The notes beneath the pieces are model-generated. The model did not search any database. It was not told the origin of the DNA and saw nothing but the letters and a program-made list of their open reading frames with translations. A stretch of DNA of 17,673 bases, from assembly GCA_963712115.1 (NCBI GenBank), contig CAVQGX010000067.1, forward strand, positions 1-17,673, given 5' to 3'. Source of the stretch: an uncultured delta proteobacterium. Its GTDB lineage: Bacteria; Desulfobacterota; Syntrophobacteria; BM002. Within the stretch, counting starts at the first letter, position 1. Each line of letters opens with the position of its first letter. Positions 7,958-15,765 of the stretch are shown here, piece by piece. A program made the translations under genes and the position numbers.

Positions 7958-9412
7958 ATGGTTATGCTCCAAAAAAACCTCAGAATATTCTCTCTGATTA
8001 TACTTCTGGTTTTCTGGATAGCGTCGTGCGCTATAAATCCCGTGACCGGTCAACGAGAGCTGATGCTCCTCGACGAACAGGAAGAGATCGAGCTGGGCCG
8101 GCAGGTCAACATCCAGGTGGTGCAAGAGTTCGGGATCTACGACGATCCAGAGTTGAGCACCTATGTCAATGATTTCTGCCAGAAGTTGGCTAAGATCTCC
8201 CATCGACCCAATCTGCCCTATGATTGTAAGGTTATGGACTCACCTGTGGTTAACGCTTTTGCAGTGCCGGGCGGTTACATCTACTTCACCCGGGGGATTT
8301 TGGCTTACCTAAACAGCGAGGCGGAGATGATCGGCGTAATGGGGCACGAACTTGGACACGTTACGGCGAGACATTCCGCTCAGCAGTACAGCAGGGCCCA
8401 ACTGGCCCAGGTGGGGCTGGGGGTAGGCATGATCTTTTTGGATTATCTCCCAGCTATTGCGGGAGAGGTGGCCCAACTTGGTGTGCAGATGCTGTTTTTA
8501 AAGTTCAGCCGGGATAATGAGCGGCAATCGGATGACTTGGGCGTGGAATATGCCAGCAGGCTTGGCTATGACGGAGAACAAATGGCGAACTTCTTTGACA
8601 CCTTGGATCGGATGCGCCCGAGTTCAGAGGGAAGTCCATTACCTGACTGGTTTTCCACCCACCCGAACCCGGCGGAACGAAACCAGACGGTTAGCCTTAG
8701 GGCAAGAGAGTGGCAGGATAAGCTGAACCTCAGAAAACCCAAGATTAACCGCGACGAATACCTCAGGAGGATCGACGGCTTAGTCTTTGGAGAAAATCCC
8801 CGCCAGGGTTTCGTTGAAAACAACATCTTTTATCATCCTAATCTGCGTTTCGAGTTTCCTGTACCTCAGGGCTGGATATTGCAGAACACTCCCGCTTTCA
8901 TTCGCCTGGTCAGTCCTAAAAAAGATGCAATGATTATTTTCACCATCTCCCCAGAGGGGCCCCCGAAGCAGGCAGCTCTGCAATTCGCCCAGAAAAATAA
9001 GGCTGAGGTGATTGAATCGAGTCCAACTGAGGTAAATGGTCTGCCCGCTCACCGGTTGATCTCAGAGGTAAGATCGTCGCAAGGAGTTTTGACCATAAAG
9101 TCTTACTTTATTGAGAAGGAAGGTAAGGTCTATATGTTCCATGGTCTCACCTCTCCGGTCCGCTTCGATCAATACTCTCCCACTTTTGGCATTACCATGG
9201 AGAAGTTTAGAGAGCTCACCGACCCGAAAAAACTTGGAGTCAAACCCCACCAAGTTCGAATGCGCTCTGTTCCTCAAGGAGGGTCAGTGCGAGGAGTCCT
9301 TCTTGCACTCGGGGTACCCGAGGATGATCTGGAAAAAACGGCCTTGCTCAACGGCAAAACCTTAAATGACAGTGTTGCCGCAGGCACCATGATGAAAGTC
9401 ATAGGGAAGTGA
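7958..9412 (+). CDS. M48-family zinc metalloprotease lipoprotein (BepA/YfgC-like catalytic domain) with a C-terminal extension and possible degenerate LysM-like tail
   Basis: Lipobox IASC followed by AINPVTG; VNAFAVPGG, HELGH (HExxH), FSRDNE..SD and STHP. SD GGGAG upstream. Confidence 0.9.
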   Translation: MVMLQKNLRIFSLIILLVFWIASCAINPVTGQRELMLLDEQEEIELGRQVNIQVVQEFGIYDDPELSTYVNDFCQKLAKISHRPNLPYDCKVMDSPVVNAFAVPGGYIYFTRGILAYLNSEAEMIGVMGHELGHVTARHSAQQYSRAQLAQVGLGVGMIFLDYLPAIAGEVAQLGVQMLFLKFSRDNERQSDDLGVEYASRLGYDGEQMANFFDTLDRMRPSSEGSPLPDWFSTHPNPAERNQTVSLRAREWQDKLNLRKPKINRDEYLRRIDGLVFGENPRQGFVENNIFYHPNLRFEFPVPQGWILQNTPAFIRLVSPKKDAMIIFTISPEGPPKQAALQFAQKNKAEVIESSPTEVNGLPAHRLISEVRSSQGVLTIKSYFIEKEGKVYMFHGLTSPVRFDQYSPTFGITMEKFRELTDPKKLGVKPHQVRMRSVPQGGSVRGVLLALGVPEDDLEKTALLNGKTLNDSVAAGTMMKVIGK

Positions 9413-9419
9413 AAAACCA

Positions 9420-9693
9420 GGCCCTCAGAGGACCTAGCTCTGGGTTTCCCCAAGGGTCGGTTCAGATGCCAAGGTCAAAATTGTATCGGTGCAATTTGAA
9501 CAATAGGTAACCAGCCAACGTGTAAAAGGTCGTTGAACGGTATCACGGCCCTCGAGGACCTAGCTCTGGGTTGCCCCCAAGGGGACGGTTCAAGGCAAAG
9601 GGCATAAAGCGTAGCGTCAATTGGCCGATTAGTTAATTAGTCAAGTCGTTAAAGCCGTTGAAACCGTCACGGCACCTCATAGCGACAGATCTC
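9420..9693. repeat. Decayed tandem direct repeat with a period of about 125 bp
   Basis: 9420-9464 and 9547-9592 share an identical 19-mer GAGGACCTAGCTCTGGGTT (9428-9446, 9554-9572). 9529-9549 resembles 9654-9673. A weak third copy starts at 9671. Confidence 0.8.
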
Positions 9694-9752
9694 CCGAATA
9701 ACAAATACTATATAACGGATACTCGACACTTCGGGATCACCTGCCCCGTTTT

Positions 9753-11324
9753 TCACAGCCTGATTTCTACTTTTCCTTTCAAGTGGTTCTTTACCTCACC
9801 GATGGGAACTTCTTTTCGGTGAAAGATACCGGCGGCCAAGGCCGACTCGGCCTCTGTTCGGGTGAAGACCTCATGAAAGTGTTCCACCCGGCCGGCACCA
9901 CTAGATGCGATGACCGGGATTGAAACAGCCTCGCTCACTGCGTTGATCAGTTCGAGGTCAAAGCCCAGATTAGTTCCGTCTCTGTCAATACAATTCAACA
10001 AGATTTCCCCTGCGCCAAGTTTTTCACATATTTGGGCAAGAGTAATTGCGTCCAAATCCCTGCCTTCCCGGCCACCTTTGATTGTGCACTGATACCAGCA
10101 ATAACCTTCACCCCTTGGGCCAGGGATGGTCGTTTCGATCACCTGATGTTTGACCTCATCCGCTGATTTTACATAGACCCTTCTAGGGTCGATGGAGATA
10201 ACAACCGCCTGGTTACCGTAAACGCGGGATATCTCTTCGATGGAACTCAGGCCCGTTTTCCGGCCGGTTCTCAGATATTCTTCCACAATCAGCACTGCAT
10301 CGCTGCCAATGGAGACCTTGTCTGCGCCGGACCTGAAATACTCGGAAGCGACCTCGAGGGCCTTGTATTGTCGGCCGTTTTTGTCCCTGTAGTCCCTGAT
10401 TCCCCCTCCGATGGTCAGGGGCACAAAGACATTCTGGGAAGTTTGACGCAGCACCACCAACATGGGCATATCTTCCAGAGGAAAATCTCGGAATCCGGTG
10501 ATATTCAAGAAGGTAATCTCATCGGCCCCTTCTTGATAGTATCGCCTCGCCAGTTCAACCGGCATGCCAAAGTTCCTGACCACACCCTTTTCTCTGACGT
10601 CGTATTGATCGCCCTTGGTTACGACTAGATCCCCTTGGTCGTTTGTGCGAACGTCCAGGCAGGCTATTATCCGCTTTGCCAGTCTGGTTGTTTGTGACGG
10701 CCTGACAGGTATGCTCTTTACCTCGCTAGTTTTAAGGAAATTTTTCAGTATTCTGAGCCCGGAGCTACCGCTTTTCTCCGGGTGGAACTGGGTGGCGATG
10801 ATATTGCCTATTTGAATTGAGCTAACGAACTCGTACCCATAGTCGGTGGTTGTAAGGACATGTCCGTCATCCTCAGGAACCACGTGGTATGAATGGACGA
10901 AGTAAAATTTCTCATCCCCGCCAAGCCCTGAGAAAATCCGAGAGGGCTTTTTGATATTTAGACCGTTCCAGCCAATGTGCGGAACCGACAGATCGATGTC
11001 GAACCTTTTCACCAACCCTGGAATGAAACCTAAACCCCTGACACCGGGGGCCTCCTCGCTGCCCTCGAATAGGGCCTGTAAACCAAGGCAGATTCCCAAA
11101 AACGGCCGACCAGAGTTGAGGTAATCTCTGAGGGGGTCGACATAGTTTTTTTCATTCAGGATGTTCATCATGCTGCCGAAGGCTCCGACTCCAGGGAAAA
11201 CCAGCCTTTCGGCAGACAAGATATCTTCTGCCGTCTGCACAACCCTAACCTCTTCGCCCAAACTCTCGATGGCGTTGATGACACTCCTCACATTTCCAGC
11301 ACCGTAATCCAGAAAAGCTATCAT
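9753..11324 (-). CDS. hisHF: Bifunctional imidazole glycerol phosphate synthase, HisH-HisF fusion
   Basis: N-terminal glutaminase domain (DYGAGN, PGVG, GICLG nucleophile, YFVHSY, QFHPE) joined to the cyclase domain (RIIACLDV, GADEITFLNI, PLTIGGGI, GADKVSI, GAGEILLNCIDRDG, PVIASSGAG). Confidence 0.97.
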   Translation of the reverse strand: MIAFLDYGAGNVRSVINAIESLGEEVRVVQTAEDILSAERLVFPGVGAFGSMMNILNEKNYVDPLRDYLNSGRPFLGICLGLQALFEGSEEAPGVRGLGFIPGLVKRFDIDLSVPHIGWNGLNIKKPSRIFSGLGGDEKFYFVHSYHVVPEDDGHVLTTTDYGYEFVSSIQIGNIIATQFHPEKSGSSGLRILKNFLKTSEVKSIPVRPSQTTRLAKRIIACLDVRTNDQGDLVVTKGDQYDVREKGVVRNFGMPVELARRYYQEGADEITFLNITGFRDFPLEDMPMLVVLRQTSQNVFVPLTIGGGIRDYRDKNGRQYKALEVASEYFRSGADKVSIGSDAVLIVEEYLRTGRKTGLSSIEEISRVYGNQAVVISIDPRRVYVKSADEVKHQVIETTIPGPRGEGYCWYQCTIKGGREGRDLDAITLAQICEKLGAGEILLNCIDRDGTNLGFDLELINAVSEAVSIPVIASSGAGRVEHFHEVFTRTEAESALAAGIFHRKEVPIGEVKNHLKGKVEIRL

Positions 11325-11402
11325 TTTCTATCCTGTATACCCCCTCCAGAGAAAGATCGAGCAATGGCGTTTCTTATAACACTATGGCAAGAAAGACAAG
11401 CC

Positions 11403-13019
11403 TCAGCCTTGCTCCATTATCTTGTCCAGTTCGTCTCGGCAGTTTTTGGCAAAGTCCTCGGGATAGTGGTTGTTGATCCAGCGCTGCTGGAATTCACTGA
11501 AGCCTCCGGGAGACTGGGGATGCCTGGGAAAAAAACAACAGATAAGGCGCTGGTCCTGATCCAAATTGTCCAACCTCTTTGATATTTCGAAGGCGTTGAA
11601 CATTTCTACACCCAAATTCTCCAAGATTTTCATAGTGAGCAGGATGGCACGATCCAGGGAATATCGAACCCCTGTGTCAGCCTCCACAATGTTGCCGCAC
11701 TCCCCTTTGGACATAATCTGGATTTCTCCTTGAGAGCGCTGGGCTTTGGGCACAAAGACGACAAGGTTTTCATCCTGGTAAATGGTGAGATCACTAGCTT
11801 TGTCTATCCTGCCGTCCAACCTCTTGTTACTCTGGATCGCCTGAAGGTATGTTTCAAAAAACCCCTGACCTGTCTTCTCTTGGTATGTTTTGCTGAATTG
11901 AGCTATCCTGTCACCCTGGGCATAGGTTTCCACAGAGGAAAAACTTGTTTCGTTTTCACCGCCGACATACACAGGCATGTCAGTCCGCACAAGGGCAAAC
12001 TGCTGGTGTATCTGCTGATGTGAACCACCTAGTTTATAACCCGAAACAGAGAGATCAAAACCGTAATTTTGTCCCCAAATAACTGCGTTGAAAGGCAAAG
12101 TGCCTCCTGATTTATTGCGCTCTTTTATTTCATTGAAAATTGACATGCGTAAGTTTTCCAAATCATTTTTCCCCAACCGCACCCTTCCGGTGGGTACTGG
12201 CAATCCGAGTTCAGCTGCCAGCTGAACGTATATTCTCTGGTAATAAAGGAAACGAAGACCAGAAAGATCATTCGGGGTGAGTGAACTGATCGTGTAGCGA
12301 ACAGTATCATGAGCTATATTCGCCGCGTAATGACCCCAGGGAATATAACTGTTTTCACGGAGGTATTCCCACATGTGTGTGTCACCCTCCGTATATTCCC
12401 CAACAATGGGGCTTTTCCCTTGCACCCCAGGAATCAAGACCATGTGCCTTTTGTAAGCGTCAGGTAGAAAAGGATTATTAGACACCAACTGGAACAAATG
12501 GTGGTCTAAAATGGCTGGACATAACTGGCCTGCGTCATCCTGTTGGTAGAGCCTGCCGGAAACAATATTAGTGCTCTGGTCATAGACAAACTCGCATGAT
12601 CGCTCAGCCAGAGAAGCCAGGATTTCCGGATCAGTGGAGGAGGAGGCAAGAGACAATAGCGCTGCTCGCGAATGATTTTGAATGGTAGGGTTTGCCCGCC
12701 CTTCATCGGGTCTTTCGGAGAGTTCACGGAAGGGGTTACAGCCGCCTACGGTTTGGTCGGCCTTTGATTTGAGAATAAAGGTGGCTCCCATAAAGGGAAA
12801 AGCATTGGGAATCTCGAAAACCCATGCTCCGGCGGGAACTTGTACATCCTTTTCAGGGAAGTTCGCCGCATTATCGACTACTTCCTGATTCAAGGTTCGT
12901 CCTAAGTGTACAATGTAGTCATTTTCCCGCAAATTGGTGGCTTTGAATCTAGGTTTTTGGATTCCGTAGACAAATTCACCTGATGGGGCGACACAGGTGC
13001 CGGGAAAGAGGTCCTTCAT
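11403..13019 (-). CDS. Hypothetical protein with a C-terminal divergent GalT/HIT-superfamily nucleotidyltransferase-like region
   Basis: 538 aa ORF with SD AAGGAAGG. GQNYG...LGGSHQQIHQQ parallels the GalT NxG...GxSxxHxHxQ motif, and IYQDENLVVFVPKAQRSQGEIQIMSK parallels the second GalT half-barrel. I do not recognise the N-terminal ~280 aa. Confidence 0.55.
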   Translation of the reverse strand: MKDLFPGTCVAPSGEFVYGIQKPRFKATNLRENDYIVHLGRTLNQEVVDNAANFPEKDVQVPAGAWVFEIPNAFPFMGATFILKSKADQTVGGCNPFRELSERPDEGRANPTIQNHSRAALLSLASSSTDPEILASLAERSCEFVYDQSTNIVSGRLYQQDDAGQLCPAILDHHLFQLVSNNPFLPDAYKRHMVLIPGVQGKSPIVGEYTEGDTHMWEYLRENSYIPWGHYAANIAHDTVRYTISSLTPNDLSGLRFLYYQRIYVQLAAELGLPVPTGRVRLGKNDLENLRMSIFNEIKERNKSGGTLPFNAVIWGQNYGFDLSVSGYKLGGSHQQIHQQFALVRTDMPVYVGGENETSFSSVETYAQGDRIAQFSKTYQEKTGQGFFETYLQAIQSNKRLDGRIDKASDLTIYQDENLVVFVPKAQRSQGEIQIMSKGECGNIVEADTGVRYSLDRAILLTMKILENLGVEMFNAFEISKRLDNLDQDQRLICCFFPRHPQSPGGFSEFQQRWINNHYPEDFAKNCRDELDKIMEQG

Positions 13020-13268
13020 TGCCCTTCCTTTCTAAGCTTGATTTTATTTATAAGCGATGAGATACCAGTCAATGATAGGTATGTCAATTTGATTGAAAAG
13101 CAGAATGGCAGACTATGGTTTGCCTTTTACACTCACTCTACCTTACACCTATCATTGACCAAATTTGGCGTTTTGGGACCATATTTGCCCATCACCGTTA
13201 ATCTGTTCGATACCACTCCATCAATATAACTTGCGGTAATTAATATAATTTTAGACATTTTTACGTTT

Positions 13269-13284
13269 TGGCATCAATTGTGCT
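13269..13284 (+). promoter_or_regulatory. Sigma-54 -24/-12 promoter
   Basis: TGGCATCAATTGTGCT: GG 13270-13271, N10, GC 13282-13283. AT-rich upstream; about 70 nt before ATG 13356. Confidence 0.7.
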
Positions 13285-13355
13285 CAATTGGAAGAACAAG
13301 AGCAGAAAATGGAGGCTCTCAAGAAAATCTCCAATCGTTAGGGGAGGAAATAAAA

Positions 13356-13760
13356 ATGCTACCAGAAACAAAATCAACAAGCAGAGCACAGGTTAAATGG
13401 CCTGTTACCATGAATACTGATGAGGGACCTGCGGATGGGGTCATAACAAATATTAACAACAATGGAGCCTTTATTCGTTGCCGCAAACCGTTACGGCTGA
13501 CTGAAACCTGTAAACTCACTATCGAATCTTCCGAGCGCCAGATCCAGGATGTGGTTGTAGAGGTAGTGTGGACTAACATTTATGGGCCGGACGACGACCT
13601 TACCCCCCGCGGTATGGGAGTCCGCTTTACAGGCTTGCCAGAGGCGGAGCAGAAATTTCTCCGAGGACTTATCAGGATGATCAAAGAGGAGAGGAGCGTT
13701 GAAAAGGTATCGAAGGATCCAGAAATAGACCTTGATCAGACTGTTGAGATGTTACATTAA
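13356..13760 (+). CDS. PilZ domain protein with degenerate c-di-GMP motifs
   Basis: SD GGAGG supports ATG 13356. PilZ pattern R..VKWPV...GVITNI...GAFI.C...VEVVW...GMGVRF. RxxxR is replaced by KSTSR and NxSxxG by NINNNG. Confidence 0.85.
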   Translation: MLPETKSTSRAQVKWPVTMNTDEGPADGVITNINNNGAFIRCRKPLRLTETCKLTIESSERQIQDVVVEVVWTNIYGPDDDLTPRGMGVRFTGLPEAEQKFLRGLIRMIKEERSVEKVSKDPEIDLDQTVEMLH

Positions 13761-13780
13761 GTTCATTTACTTCTTTAGAT

Positions 13781-13822
13781 AAAAAAAGGACAGCGGAGTT
13801 TTCAGCTCCCCTGTCCTTTTTT
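13781..13822 (+). terminator. Rho-independent terminator (potentially bidirectional)
   Basis: aaaaaaaGGACAG-c-GGAG ttttcag CTCC-c-CTGTCC tttttt, 20 nt after the PilZ stop codon. Confidence 0.88.
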
Positions 13823-13865
13823 CTTTTCAACTAAATCCCAAGTAAATGCAGTTACTAAGGTGCTC

Positions 13866-13881
13866 TGGCATGCTTCCTGCA
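13866..13881 (+). promoter_or_regulatory. Sigma-54 -24/-12 promoter
   Basis: TGGCATGCTTCCTGCA: GG 13867-13868, N10, GC 13879-13880. It lies just after the terminator and about 108 nt before ATG 13989. Confidence 0.72.
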
Positions 13882-13988
13882 AATATAGTTCAAGGACGGG
13901 AATCACACCCTATTCAAACCAGTCGCGCATTTACCTGGCCCTGTCTCGATTGATCAGGGCTGAGGTAGATTGCCAGGAGAAACTGCTC

Positions 13989-14339
13989 ATGGGTGCTATG
14001 AAAGACAGACGTTCACACCTAAGGACTGCTGTAGATTGGCCTGCCATGGTCATAACCCCTGGAGCGTGCATAGGAGGTGAAATAAAAAATCTAAGTCCAT
14101 CAGGTGCCTTTTTTCACTGCTTTACTGAACCCGAGCGGGGCCAACCTCTGCGCTTGGTCTTTAGGGATCCAATTCGCAAGAAACTTATAGTGCTGACAGC
14201 AGAAATGGCATGGTCAAACATCGCAAATTCCGACGACATAAGTTCTTGTGGAATAGGAATTGAATTCAGCAATACCTTAAGTTATGAGCAGTTGTTTCTC
14301 GACACTTGGACCTCGGAACATCTCCAAGCTACAGCCTAA
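13989..14339 (+). CDS. Stand-alone PilZ domain protein with canonical motifs
   Basis: SD AGGAG at 13975-13979 supports ATG 13989 (alternative 13998). RSHLR (RxxxR), NLSPSG and GIGIEF. Confidence 0.88.
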   Translation: MGAMKDRRSHLRTAVDWPAMVITPGACIGGEIKNLSPSGAFFHCFTEPERGQPLRLVFRDPIRKKLIVLTAEMAWSNIANSDDISSCGIGIEFSNTLSYEQLFLDTWTSEHLQATA

Positions 14340-14426
14340 AAATTACATAACACTCTAATGTTTCAACAAAGAGTTGAAGTGAAATGGTGCTCTCAGTGGG
14401 AACCTCTCTGTCTCGAGGATTTGAAA

Positions 14427-14795
14427 ATGACGCGAGGAGTTGAAAGGCGGTTGCAACCGCGAGTCGAGATTAGATGGCCTGTTACGGTCTTAACCACCCA
14501 AACGACAATTGAAGGTGAGATCCACAACGTAAGTCCCTCCGGAGCTTTCATCTCTTGTAAGGCTGTTCCTCCACTGGAGGGTAGTTTTTTTATAATAATT
14601 AAACCTCCCGAGCGGCAAACAATCAGTGTTGCAGGCAAGGCGGTGTGGTCGACTACCCTAGAGACCGAAGAAAGCAACTCAATTCTTGGAGTGGGTGTCC
14701 AATTCACAAATATCACTCCAGGAGATCTCAGATTCTTGAACCAATTTGTTAAGAGCTACAAAAATGAAAAGAGGCCGCTAGATAAAATTACCTGA
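14427..14795 (+). CDS. Stand-alone PilZ domain protein with canonical motifs
   Basis: SD GAGG supports ATG 14427 (alternative in-frame ATG at 14358). ERRLQPR, NVSPSG, GKAVW and GVGVQF. Confidence 0.9.
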   Translation: MTRGVERRLQPRVEIRWPVTVLTTQTTIEGEIHNVSPSGAFISCKAVPPLEGSFFIIIKPPERQTISVAGKAVWSTTLETEESNSILGVGVQFTNITPGDLRFLNQFVKSYKNEKRPLDKIT

Positions 14796-15006
14796 AGTAT
14801 GCCTTCGATCTTTAATCCTACCCTTTTTCCCCTTAAATAATCTAATACTCTGGAGCCGGATATTTCATTACAGGTCCTGAAATCTGCTTCTTCCCCGCAT
14901 AGCCGGATGTTCCACGGGCCAGGTTAAAGTTAAATCGCTTTGTTGATAAAGATGCGAGCTGTTTTCGAGTACTGGAGTATTTTGATGCTTGAGTAGCTAA
15001 AGATTC

Positions 15007-15140
15007 CAAATAAATCACAATGACCAACATTTAAAATCCCAAACTTTTGCATATTTATAAAATTATTCGAAATTTGTTTTGGTCATTGAAAATTGGAATT
15101 TAGGATTTGTTTGTAATTTGGTGCTTGGGATTTGGGATTT
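15007..15140 (-). repeat. Left copy of an ~135 bp AT-rich heptamer-based element
   Basis: The reverse complement aligns to 16820-16956 at about 119/137 columns (hand count). It is internally palindromic: CAATGACCAA (15018-15027) pairs with TTGGTCATTG (15079-15088). Confidence 0.92.
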
Positions 15141-15265
15141 CATTACTCCATCACTCCGTTGACTCCGGAATGCTCGCGCATCAAGGAAAGACGTTATGAG
15201 CACCCATCCCTATGGGTGGAGGTCAAAGATTGTCAATCACCGTTAATTTTTGTAAGGTTTGTGAT

Positions 15266-15745
15266 ATGTGTAAAAGGGAATCTTTCATTTTTCGCCCTGC
15301 CAAGGAAAAAGATCTAGAATTCATCAGCAAGCTGTCGGCTGAGGCGTTCTCAAAATACGGGCATTATGACGAAATCGTCCCTGCTTGGTTCGAGGAGCCG
15401 GCTGTGATTACGGAAGTCATTATGGAGAAAAGTGCTACCCTGGGTTTTGCCATGCTCGTATTGGAACGTAAAAAAGTATTTGGGTTCAGGGAAGCGCACC
15501 TCCTAGCCATCGGCATCTTATTGGAGCATCAGAGAAGAGGTGTTGGTACCGCTTTGTTAGAGCATATGGAGGAAATAGCGCGGAAATACAACGCCGTCGA
15601 GATTAATCTCTGGACTGCAGTTGATAATGAACCGGCTTATTCCTTCTTTCAAAAGGCGGGCTTCAAAATCAAAAGGTTTGAAAATTATTATTATCCTAAA
15701 GGTCAAGCGGCGCTATCCATGAGCAAAAGGCTTGACTACACATGA
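15266..15745 (+). CDS. GNAT-family N-acetyltransferase (RimI-like)
   Basis: IFRPA...DL at the N-terminus, acetyl-CoA motif A HQRRGVGTALL, and motif B N..A..FFQK.GF...ENYY. The start is uncertain (15212 or 15266). Confidence 0.9.
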   Translation: MCKRESFIFRPAKEKDLEFISKLSAEAFSKYGHYDEIVPAWFEEPAVITEVIMEKSATLGFAMLVLERKKVFGFREAHLLAIGILLEHQRRGVGTALLEHMEEIARKYNAVEINLWTAVDNEPAYSFFQKAGFKIKRFENYYYPKGQAALSMSKRLDYT

Positions 15746-15765
15746 TGGGGCCTGGCCATTAGATA

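Noticed and set aside
9420-9693. CRISPR array
   Set aside because: There are only two good copies, they contain indels, the spacer is about 80 bp, and no cas genes are present.
13038-13229. 63 aa ORF
   Set aside because: TTG start in an AT-rich divergent promoter region, with no SD or motif.
13278-13988. Longer N-termini for the PilZ ORFs (starts at 13278 and 13860)
   Set aside because: These starts overlap the sigma-54 promoters themselves, while the downstream ATGs have good SD sequences.
14842-15317. Short ORFs 14842-15030 (-) and 15132-15317 (+)
   Set aside because: They run through repeat DNA or overlap the GNAT gene out of frame and show no protein-like features.
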